Of a stretch of DNA of 31,911 bases, positions 17,164-24,846 are shown one piece after another. A program made the position numbers and the translations under genes. The stretch's first letter is position 1. Every line of letters starts with the position of its first letter. The notes under the pieces were generated by a model. The model was not told the DNA's origin. It was given only the letters and a program-made list of their open reading frames with translations, and made no database searches. The stretch comes from Candidatus Colwellbacteria bacterium GWA2_46_10 (GTDB lineage Bacteria; Patescibacteriota; Minisyncoccia; UBA6257; Colwellbacteraceae): NCBI GenBank assembly GCA_001817635.1, contig MHIS01000015.1, forward strand, positions 1-31,911, read 5' to 3'.

Positions 17164-18197
17164 CTTTTGCGGCCCGTTAGCTTTTTATAAACTACGACTA
17201 GCTTTTTCCTTATTCTAATAGGATCTAATTTAGATAAGTACTTTTTCCTATATATACTAATTGAAACTAGGGGTTTAACTTTTTTAGTCCATCTTAGTTT
17301 GTATGGTTCTATCCCACGGCCCAAACTGAATCTTTCGTATCCATCCTTTCTAGCTTTCTCAAGTAGAAACCAAAGCAAGACTTTCCCGGGAGAATATTTT
17401 GCGTATTTATTATTATAAGTTGGAAACTCATATATATACTCCTTCCCGAACTTATAACCAAAATGCCACGCGATGGTTTCATTGCTAGCATTTAACTTGT
17501 AAAAACTAACGTAATCCTCGTTGATGGTTTTAAAAAAGTCTGATAATGATTTTGATCTTGAAATAAGCGGTTGGGCCCCGAAACTACGCCAGAGATCTCT
17601 ATATGCATTTATAAACTCGTCCCAATCCTCCCTAGACGCCTTAACTAACGTAACCGGTCCATAGTTTTTTGTAAGCTTAGCTACATTAAGCTTGACATCT
17701 TCAGCTAATTTGCGACTGATAGAGGTGTCTTTCTCTTTTAGATTTACCCAAGGGATGCCCTCTTCTTGCGTGAGGTCAACTGCCCAACCGACATTCTTCG
17801 CTAACTCCACTAATTCATTGGCCTGTTCTACGTTTCCCCAAAAGCGAAGCTGAACAACGTCCCATTTTTCCTTACCCAAAGAAGCTATAAAAGATTCTCC
17901 CGTATCCCCATTAATAGCAGGCCACTGCATCTCATCGTAAAGACATGGGACATCTCCCACACTAAATAGCCTCCTTAAGCCCCAACTTCTCTTGATATGA
18001 AGAGGGATATATACATTCTCGCGTAGGGAGTGCCAGATTCTTAACTGGGGATTGAAGCTTTTGACCCAATGGTTTAACCAACTCGGATGGTTAAAAAAAC
18101 TAGATTCTATGCCACTATTTTCCCAAGCTTTGGTCCATACTTCTAGACTAGGTAAGCTCCTTAATATCTCCCACTCTTTATCTATGACTTTTGACAT
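17160..18197 (-). CDS. GNAT-family transferase (CelD/BcsL, Acetyltransf_6-like)
   Basis: FFNHPSWL..W and C-terminal YSPGKVLL...GYERFSLGRGIEPYKLRW pattern. Confidence 0.82.
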   Translation of the reverse strand: MSKVIDKEWEILRSLPSLEVWTKAWENSGIESSFFNHPSWLNHWVKSFNPQLRIWHSLRENVYIPLHIKRSWGLRRLFSVGDVPCLYDEMQWPAINGDTGESFIASLGKEKWDVVQLRFWGNVEQANELVELAKNVGWAVDLTQEEGIPWVNLKEKDTSISRKLAEDVKLNVAKLTKNYGPVTLVKASREDWDEFINAYRDLWRSFGAQPLISRSKSLSDFFKTINEDYVSFYKLNASNETIAWHFGYKFGKEYIYEFPTYNNKYAKYSPGKVLLWFLLEKARKDGYERFSLGRGIEPYKLRWTKKVKPLVSISIYRKKYLSKLDPIRIRKKLVVVYKKLTGRKR

Positions 18198-18951
18198 TCA
18201 AGTATAAACGCGAGTATACCGTTTTCTCCACTGGTATGCCATCCAAAGCAGATTCCCTCTCGGCTGCCACTTGAAAGAACTTCTCCATTAAAGGCCAAAG
18301 TAGTTTCTCATCAAGGTTAATGCTGTGTAAGTAGTCTAGAAAAACCATCTCGTTCTTTTTGAGTTGCACATTAATGCCTATTCTCATTTTCCCCCTAATG
18401 GTTTCTAACCATTCAGATACTACCAAATCTACTAAGTCGTACATCGGCAACCCATCTTCTCTCATCATTTCCCAGTCAGCTATAAATAGCATTTTGCTAT
18501 TTGTGTCCCATAGTAGGTTGTTAACCGTGAAGTCTCCGTGCTCTAACACCGATTTATTATTCATGGTTGCCAGCGCCAATTTCGTCGTCCATTCTATTGC
18601 TTTGTTAATCGCCAACATCCTTTCTTCGCCTCGCAGGCTAGATACTGGTCTAACGTTAAGATACTTATATGTGTTGATTAGCCAGCGTTCTTTTACAACT
18701 TGTTTTACCGGTTCAACCACGCTACTTATCAAATTCGCCGGTAAAAGTTTGTGGACCTTCAGTAAGTTGCTCCATTCTTTAGAAAGTTTTCTTTGTGCGC
18801 CCTGCTTGCTTGAGGCTTTTATAAAAACTTTTGCGCCAGTTGTGCTAATTACCTCTCCCGCAAACCAATGTCTTTTCGGGTTATAGACAACATGTTCCAC
18901 CCCAAACTTCCCAATAGCTTCTAAGGCTTCTATTTCGCTTTTGCTAACCAT
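18178..18951 (-). CDS. Aminoglycoside-phosphotransferase/choline-kinase-like (APH) kinase
   Basis: VFIK lysine, HGDFTVNNLL catalytic loop and ADWE metal-binding motif. Confidence 0.85.
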   Translation of the reverse strand: MVSKSEIEALEAIGKFGVEHVVYNPKRHWFAGEVISTTGAKVFIKASSKQGAQRKLSKEWSNLLKVHKLLPANLISSVVEPVKQVVKERWLINTYKYLNVRPVSSLRGEERMLAINKAIEWTTKLALATMNNKSVLEHGDFTVNNLLWDTNSKMLFIADWEMMREDGLPMYDLVDLVVSEWLETIRGKMRIGINVQLKKNEMVFLDYLHSINLDEKLLWPLMEKFFQVAAERESALDGIPVEKTVYSRLYLNVKSHR

Positions 18952-18998
18952 CTTTTTGAGATTCTTATATGAAGCTTAGTTTGCTAAGATCGCTGTAA

Positions 18999-21287
18999 TT
19001 AATTGGCTGCTACTGCACTCCAGCCTCGGGCCTTGAATCCGTTAAGTCCTCCTGTTAGAACTTCCTCCATTGTGTCTATCGGCTCGCTGATGAGGCCCGA
19101 TCCCATTTGTGAATCGATGATTTCTCTAAAGGTTTTCTCTATCTTGATCGCCTGCTTCAAAACCATCTCAAAACTGGACGCGTCCTGAGTGTTATACATA
19201 TAGTTAAAGTAGTTGCTGTATCCCTCTCTTATCTGCTGGATGTCTTCTGGGGTAACGGGTTTTTGTCCGCTCGCGTAGATGTTTTTAAGCATTTCTAGTG
19301 TACCCCTACTCCCATCAAAGTCATATGGCGCAAAGATGGCGAGAGAATCTATATCCATTCCCTTCCCCTCTGGCTCAAGCGCCACTGCGGCATTAATCAC
19401 CCCCCCAGCCTCTTCAAACTTACCTTGGGAAACCAGGTTGTCTGCTAAAGATACCCTTACATCCTGCCTGTTAGGCGCCAACTCAACTGCCTTCCTTAAG
19501 TGATCTTCCCCAGCTACGAGATAATCTGTGTTTTGATTTGCCCTGGATGCGGATTTATAGATAAGCCCCATGGCCTGGTGCGTCCGCGCTTTATTAACTA
19601 CTACACCCAACGCTTCTTCTCCTAGCGGGATCATTTGTGGGAAGGCCTGGATAAATTCATCCTTAGAAAACCTTGTGGGAAACCCAGAGAGAATAAATAT
19701 TCTTAGCTCGGATTGAATAAAATTATTCGGTGTCGTTATTGTCTTGATCTGACCTGGATCAAAATGCCCCTTATTGAATGTATTCACTGCCACTCTCATC
19801 TGATAGTACGGGATTACACACAACCACACAAAAGCAGTCACAAAAACTATACTCAAAGAAAAGGCGCCCATAGCATAGAGAAAACGGGGGGTACTCTTCT
19901 CGAGTATTTGCGTGTCTTTTTCCTCGTGCGCATAGAAGGTGTACCCGACAAAGGCAAAAATACTAAATAGGGGAATGTACATAGCAATTTGATCAAAGAG
20001 AAACAGATTTTGCACGAAGTAGGCTACAGCTATCCCACCAGTAAAGAGCAACGTCCAGAATTTCTCTCTACTGTCCAAATGATTGCTCCTTGCTACATCC
20101 TTCCCTAGGGTCTTCCAGAATATAAGACACCATATTAATAGGTAACCCAGCAACCCCAACAATCCGTTCATAACCAACACGTCTAGTATTTTGTTGTGAG
20201 CCCTATCGAACCAAGCACTTTCATACTTTTGGATAGCCGGGTCGTAAAATTGGTTGTGCGCGTTTATATATTCCTCTTGGCCCCATCCCAATAGAGTTCT
20301 TGTCCAACCTACGTTTTGCGGATTAACAGCATTCATACTGATACTGAGGTTGATCAAACGGGTCTGAGTGGTTGCATCGGTGCTGGAAATCCTGGCCAAC
20401 CTGTCCAGGCCAGGAATATTTTGCCAAAACGCGTTATCTCTTGTAACTACAAAAGCGCCTCCGAAAATCAAGATTACCAAAAGTGTCCCTATCACCAAAT
20501 TCTTAACTTCAACGGATTTACCTAGTAAGTTGAACTTTTCGACTCCTCCTTTAATCAGGGAAATACGTAGAAGGACTATAAATAAAGCCACGATCAATCC
20601 CAGAATCACTCCCCTGGTCTCCGTTACGAAGATGGCCAGAAGGGAAAGGGCTACGACCGTCCTACTCAAGAATGGCCACGTTTTATTTTTATCCAAAACC
20701 CCTACCATTAGTGCAAAATAAAGGACAAAAAGTGCGTATGTAGCCACAAAAGTGGGGTTCCCGAAGAACGATCCATCTGGGCGGATATCTCCGTAGGCAA
20801 ACCTATCCATTAAGACGTCTCCCATAGCGACAATCCCCACAACGAGATTCAGCTTAAAGAAACTGAGCCAATCTTTTTTCTCAAAGAAAAGAGACGTGCC
20901 AAGGAAAAAGAACAGCATATAGAAAGATATTAGGAATCCCTCTGATCGCTCTATATCCCCCCAGAAAGCACGGTACGGATTATCCGCAAAGAAAGTACTA
21001 AATAGCGCTAAGACAGAGAATATAATTAACACCATTGTCAGCGGGTTGTTGATCTTTTTCAAACGAGAGCGGGAAAGTATGTCCTCTCCCCAAAAAACAC
21101 CCATAAGCAGAAAAATGCTGGCTATGGCCATAACCAATCTTATAAGCATTGCTTTCCCAAAAACGTATGGGAATAAAGTGCTGTGGGTGACTACCAAAGG
21201 CGTAAGAGCAAGACTTAGTAAGGACAACTTAACTAGCTTGGTCGCATTTAACACGCTGTTCATAAATGGTCTAAATTTCTTCACCAT
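18999..21287 (-). CDS. O-antigen ligase/O-oligosaccharyltransferase (Wzy_C) family membrane protein with C-terminal TPR-like repeats
   Basis: Many TM helices; FFGNP.FVA.Y, TETRG, GWGQE and DRAHN motifs; helical TPR-like tail. The start was moved to 21287 because the track start at 21311 lies inside the upstream terminator. Confidence 0.88.
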   Translation of the reverse strand: MVKKFRPFMNSVLNATKLVKLSLLSLALTPLVVTHSTLFPYVFGKAMLIRLVMAIASIFLLMGVFWGEDILSRSRLKKINNPLTMVLIIFSVLALFSTFFADNPYRAFWGDIERSEGFLISFYMLFFFLGTSLFFEKKDWLSFFKLNLVVGIVAMGDVLMDRFAYGDIRPDGSFFGNPTFVATYALFVLYFALMVGVLDKNKTWPFLSRTVVALSLLAIFVTETRGVILGLIVALFIVLLRISLIKGGVEKFNLLGKSVEVKNLVIGTLLVILIFGGAFVVTRDNAFWQNIPGLDRLARISSTDATTQTRLINLSISMNAVNPQNVGWTRTLLGWGQEEYINAHNQFYDPAIQKYESAWFDRAHNKILDVLVMNGLLGLLGYLLIWCLIFWKTLGKDVARSNHLDSREKFWTLLFTGGIAVAYFVQNLFLFDQIAMYIPLFSIFAFVGYTFYAHEEKDTQILEKSTPRFLYAMGAFSLSIVFVTAFVWLCVIPYYQMRVAVNTFNKGHFDPGQIKTITTPNNFIQSELRIFILSGFPTRFSKDEFIQAFPQMIPLGEEALGVVVNKARTHQAMGLIYKSASRANQNTDYLVAGEDHLRKAVELAPNRQDVRVSLADNLVSQGKFEEAGGVINAAVALEPEGKGMDIDSLAIFAPYDFDGSRGTLEMLKNIYASGQKPVTPEDIQQIREGYSNYFNYMYNTQDASSFEMVLKQAIKIEKTFREIIDSQMGSGLISEPIDTMEEVLTGGLNGFKARGWSAVAAN

Positions 21288-21298
21288 TATACCTAAAA

Positions 21299-21330
21299 TA
21301 CAGAAAACCACCTTTCGGTGGTTTTCTGTA
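21299..21330 (-). terminator. Strong terminator hairpin after the S-layer-like gene
   Basis: TACAGAAAACCACC-tttc-GGTGGTTTTCTGTA: a perfect 14-bp stem with a GAAA tetraloop on the minus strand. Confidence 0.88.
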
Positions 21331-21417
21331 TCTCCCGTCAGAAATATTTTCTAACAGAACGATTCTACCAGCTATTGAATCGGATTACCCGAAACAATCT
21401 AGCCAAACAACTTGGAA

Positions 21418-23439
21418 CTACGCTTCTGCTCCGTCGTTGAGGTAGATCGAAGGAGTAACGAAGTCCCCAAGATTGAGGGCATATCCTAGATCACCATCAC
21501 CCTGCGCCAAAGCGTAGAGGATAACGTCTAAGGATACTGAGTGGAACGCATCCACTAAGTCAACTGCTCCGTCACGAACATCCACTACAATCTGGAACCT
21601 CTCGGTTTCACCATCGAGGACGGTGAATGAACCACCAGCCTCGGTTGCTCCAGTAAGTGTTGTAATGTCCGCCAATAGAGTACCAGTACCGGTAACTCCA
21701 AGGTCGTGTTCTGTACCAACTCCAGCAGCAGTAGATCCTGCGTCATCGGGGTCAGTACCATCGATGAAGATGCTTCCATCCCAAGCGGTCACATCAAACA
21801 CGATAGTGAAAAGACCTGAGTCAGTTCCAGTAGCAGCTGCAGCTGTTGCCACGGCTGTTGGTGTCCCAACTAGAGCGACGTCAAACCCAACATCGCGCAT
21901 CTGAGACGCAGCACCAGTTACAGTACCAGTCTCATCGCCATCAGCTAGGTCTTGTCCAGACTCGTCCTCGGCATCAAAGCTAGCGAGGTCCATCTGGGTT
22001 TCACCAAAGTTGGCGGCGATTGTGTCTCCAAGAGCAAGGTCACCAGTATCGGTGATACCGTACAGGTCTAGCTTTACGAGAAATTCGTAATCTTGACCTG
22101 CCTCAAGTGTAAGACCCATGTCATCGAAGAAGTAAGTCTCGTCTGCCCCTACAGTGGTACAGTTGCTGTTAGCAGCTTGCTCCTCGACACAGTCGTTGGT
22201 CATGTCAACGTTGTCCACCTCATCTCCATCTACGAACAGGGAGATACCGGCAACCATGTCATCAACATTGTCATTGCCAGTAACATCAAAGTTGATTGGG
22301 AGAGAGTCAAGATCCACGTCTGATGTTCCTTCTATCTCTACGTTGAATGAGAGAATAGAAGCATTGTCCGTGTTGTCAGTGGCGTGCACGTTAACAAGGT
22401 GCGCGTCGTTGACAGTATCTTCATCCTCACCCTGAGTAACTTTGAAGAGGGTATCTGCTGCAGTACCAAACGACTCAAATGAGAAAAGTGTTACTGCCAC
22501 AGTTGGATCCTCAGAAACACTTGCTCCATTGGCGTCCACGAAACGAACTGACGTAAAGTCAACGTCCCATGTTTCACCAACATCGTTAGTGTCTATGTTG
22601 CCATCAGCTAAAATAGCTACTGTAAGCTCAACCGTTGATCCGGCTTCTGCCACAGCATCGTCCAATGAGATCGTTGAAGTCCATTCATTATCCTCATTGA
22701 ATTTATCGGCGTCCTTACGTCCAACTTCCTCTCCGTCTAGAAAGACGGCGACTTCATCGGCGTAATCCTCGAAGTCTTGATCAGCGGTACCTTCATCGAA
22801 TACAAGGCGGACTGCCGTGAAATCGAGGTCGGAACCATCCTCTACATCTATCTCAAGACCGGCTACCTCTACTTCATCGTCCTCACCAACCTCTTCGTTG
22901 GAAAGACCGGAAATCAGAGAGTAGCTATCAACTGAACCGTCACCACCAGTTAAACCGGTGCTGCCAGTTCCAGTTCCCGTTCCTGTCCCAGTTCCAGTAC
23001 CAGTACTGCACATCGTGCCGTACTTAGCCTGTGAGATAGGACCGAAGTAACCAACTGCAGGTGATACTCCGTTAGCTGCCTGCCATGCGGCTACAGCTGC
23101 CTGAGTGATCGTACCAAAGAAACCGGTTGCTCCGCCTGAGAAGGTGAAGTGGCCAGTACCCATAAGGTAAGTCTGCAAAGCGGTTACGTCTGCACCAGAC
23201 ATGTCTAGAGTTAGACTTCTGGTCCAAGCGTAGCAAGTAGTGCTAGTACCACCCGATAGTGCCGCTAGCTGGGCGGTTAAGGTAGCAATTTGTGCCTGCA
23301 GGTCGCTGATTGCGTCAGCTCCGGCTGCGGGTACTATGCTCATACCGCCAGCTAGTGAGACTAAAGTGGCAAAAGCAACACTTGCTGTTGCAAATTTCTT
23401 AGTTAATTTACTCACTTTATTTATTTTTGTTTTCGACAA
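21418..23439 (-). CDS. Secreted acidic S-layer-like/surface protein with an N-terminal coiled coil and PG-binding-like domain, a (TG)n linker and beta-sandwich-like domains
   Basis: Signal peptide; ISDLQAQIATLTAQLAAL coiled coil; L.L...G.DV.ALQ.YL...FG.ITQAAV..WQ...G....GYFGP PGBD pattern; TGTGTG linker; very Asp/Thr-rich body. The start is TTG at 23439 or GTG at 23415. Confidence 0.85.
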   Translation of the reverse strand: MSKTKINKVSKLTKKFATASVAFATLVSLAGGMSIVPAAGADAISDLQAQIATLTAQLAALSGGTSTTCYAWTRSLTLDMSGADVTALQTYLMGTGHFTFSGGATGFFGTITQAAVAAWQAANGVSPAVGYFGPISQAKYGTMCSTGTGTGTGTGTGTGSTGLTGGDGSVDSYSLISGLSNEEVGEDDEVEVAGLEIDVEDGSDLDFTAVRLVFDEGTADQDFEDYADEVAVFLDGEEVGRKDADKFNEDNEWTSTISLDDAVAEAGSTVELTVAILADGNIDTNDVGETWDVDFTSVRFVDANGASVSEDPTVAVTLFSFESFGTAADTLFKVTQGEDEDTVNDAHLVNVHATDNTDNASILSFNVEIEGTSDVDLDSLPINFDVTGNDNVDDMVAGISLFVDGDEVDNVDMTNDCVEEQAANSNCTTVGADETYFFDDMGLTLEAGQDYEFLVKLDLYGITDTGDLALGDTIAANFGETQMDLASFDAEDESGQDLADGDETGTVTGAASQMRDVGFDVALVGTPTAVATAAAATGTDSGLFTIVFDVTAWDGSIFIDGTDPDDAGSTAAGVGTEHDLGVTGTGTLLADITTLTGATEAGGSFTVLDGETERFQIVVDVRDGAVDLVDAFHSVSLDVILYALAQGDGDLGYALNLGDFVTPSIYLNDGAEA

Positions 23440-23453
23440 TTTATTTTTGTTTT
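23420..23453. repeat. Two copies of a 14-bp direct repeat at 20-bp period at the S-layer start
   Basis: TTTATTTTTGTTTT at 23420-23433 and 23440-23453. Confidence 0.8.
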
Positions 23454-23833
23454 AGCTTGATGCTAAAACCCGAGATCCTTTCTTCCTGGTTCTGCCATCG
23501 ACCCGTTAGTTTTTAGTTTATTGAAACAACTGGCAATCGCAGGAGGATCTAATGTTTTTGTAGCGGCGGGAATGAATTTGTATTTCCTTCCGCTTGCAAG
23601 CGGGACAGATCTTTCAACCTGCCACGTAATTTTGCCACTACAACCCTCGCACTTTATTAAGTGTGAGGACAAGCCCCATACGGGACTCTGTAAAGGATTC
23701 TAGTATATCAAGCCATAAGCGACAAGACTCTATTTTAAAGCGGGCTGTGGAAAACAACCCTAAATTGAATCCTACGCTTACACTAATTAAAACGGCTAAG
23801 AGAGTGGCTCTGTTACAGGGGAAACCACATTTT

Positions 23834-24502
23834 TTAATATTCGTCAAAGGCATCCTTTCCGCCCTCCTTGGCTTGGGCTAGGAAGAGGACCTCATTTATA
23901 TCCCCCTCGGCTCTCTCTACCCCTCCCTTAAGAGCTCTCACGTACGAGTACGGGCCTCTCTCCCCTATACGCTCCGCAGATCCCCTATCTACCAGGGCAG
24001 ATATATCGTTTCTTAGGGTTCTCTTGCTTACCTCCGGAAAATTCCTTGAGATATCGGCTGGACGGCAACCATTAGGGAATTGCCGTATAAACTCTAGAAT
24101 TTCCGTTTGCCGTTTATCTGGCTTAACGGAAAATTGCCGTTTACTTACCTCTTTTTCCTCTTGCCGTTTAAACGGCAAGGTATTTTTCTGCCGATTAAAG
24201 AGCTTTTCTAGGTTAATTTCTACCTTTTTTTCTGGAAACTCCATAAGTTCCATCATTCCTGCAAGATTACGGAGCTCTCTTATTAAAACCTCACTATTTA
24301 CCCCACTAATCTCCTCTATAGCTTTTCCTAGTTTGATAAGGCGCCTAGCTCTATCAATAGCCGCTTGATCCAGAAACGAGACGATCTCTACCGCCACTGC
24401 CTCCAATTCTTTCCGCAGATAGGAAAATTCAACTTGTGAGGCTACGCGGTAAAGGGCAAAGGCAATATCATGCGCCAATCCGGCAATTTGGTCCCTATCC
24501 AT
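23834..24502 (-). CDS. Helical N-terminal domain plus C-terminal DeoR-like winged HTH protein
   Basis: KRQTEILEFI...ADI...FPEVSKRTLRNDISALVDRG..ERIG wHTH. The ATG at 24502 (MDRDQ) is preferred over 24538. Confidence 0.8.
   Translation of the reverse strand: MDRDQIAGLAHDIAFALYRVASQVEFSYLRKELEAVAVEIVSFLDQAAIDRARRLIKLGKAIEEISGVNSEVLIRELRNLAGMMELMEFPEKKVEINLEKLFNRQKNTLPFKRQEEKEVSKRQFSVKPDKRQTEILEFIRQFPNGCRPADISRNFPEVSKRTLRNDISALVDRGSAERIGERGPYSYVRALKGGVERAEGDINEVLFLAQAKEGGKDAFDEY
24063..24193. repeat. Intragenic array of TTGCCG sites at exact 27-bp period, with inverted copies and a perfect 20-bp palindrome
   Basis: TTGCCG at 24080, 24107, 24134 and 24161, CTGCCG at 24188; CGGCAA at 24063 and 24173; palindrome CTTGCCGTTTAAACGGCAAG at 24160-24179. 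Confidence 0.92.
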
Positions 24503-24507
24503 TGCCG
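24481..24507. promoter_or_regulatory. Inverted repeat (CGGCAAT-N13-ATTGCCG) overlapping the probable wHTH start codon
   Basis: CGGCAAT at 24481-24487 and ATTGCCG at 24501-24507; the CAT (minus-strand ATG) is at 24500-24502. Confidence 0.55.
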
Positions 24508-24639
24508 CAAGATTACCAAAGGGCGGCAGGAAGCACAACTTCCGATATGTGGAAAATCTGTGGAGACATCACACGTCAAACTTGGAATTAACTCTCTGTG
24601 CGGATATTTGAGGCATATGATGCCATCCAGGCCCTCCCA

Positions 24640-24656
24640 GAGACAACAAAACCCCA
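24640..24656 (+). repeat. 17-bp direct repeat, copy 1
   Basis: GAGACAACAAAACCCCA, identical to 25439-25455. Confidence 0.92.
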
Positions 24657-24735
24657 TATCTAGGAGTTCTTGTATCACATAGGCTTGATAGAATCGGGAT
24701 ATGGGCATCATTCCATACTATCAACATGGGGGGGG

Positions 24736-24764
24736 TTGCACTCCCAACACATATTCTGTACTAT
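24736..24764 (+). promoter_or_regulatory. Sigma70-type promoter with extended -10
   Basis: TTGCAC-17 nt-TACTAT, with TG immediately before the -10 box. Confidence 0.75.
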
Positions 24765-24769
24765 CAGTA

Positions 24770-24813
24770 TATAAACGCTCCAGCCAGCCCGAAAGGGTCC
24801 GCTGGAGTTTTTA
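24770..24813 (+). ncRNA. Candidate ~44-nt leader/small RNA ending in a GNRA-capped terminator upstream of the NYN gene
   Basis: CTCCAGC-cag-CCC-GAAA-GGG-tcc-GCTGGAG-TTTTTT starts 13 nt after the -10 box and ends 33 nt before the NYN ATG. The 5' end is estimated from the promoter position. Confidence 0.5.
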
Positions 24814-24846
24814 TTTTCTTGCAAAAGTTATATAAAGAGTTCGCAT

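Noticed and set aside
23463-23881. Short ORFs 23463..23672, 23521..23703, 23638..23853 and 23663..23881 in the S-layer upstream region
   Set aside because: They overlap each other, have no recognisable motifs and two are Cys-rich and random-like; treated as non-coding.
24063-24193. 27-bp periodic array as a CRISPR or mini-CRISPR
   Set aside because: The conserved unit is only 6-9 bp, it lies in frame within an intact ORF, and no cas genes are present.
4419-24567. Scattered DnaA-box-like sites (4419 perfect; 7366, 23746 and 24548 one-mismatch) as a replication origin
   Set aside because: They are isolated rather than clustered, and there is no dnaA/dnaN or evident unwinding element nearby.
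24442-24711. ORFs 24442..24711 (-) and 24470..24682 (+)
   Set aside because: They overlap the wHTH start and the repeat/hairpin region, with no family motifs; likely spurious.
24728-24735. G8 homopolymer as a phase-variation switch for the NYN-2 promoter
   Set aside because: It lies upstream of the -35 box rather than in the spacer, so a length change would not alter promoter geometry; 8 nt is also short.
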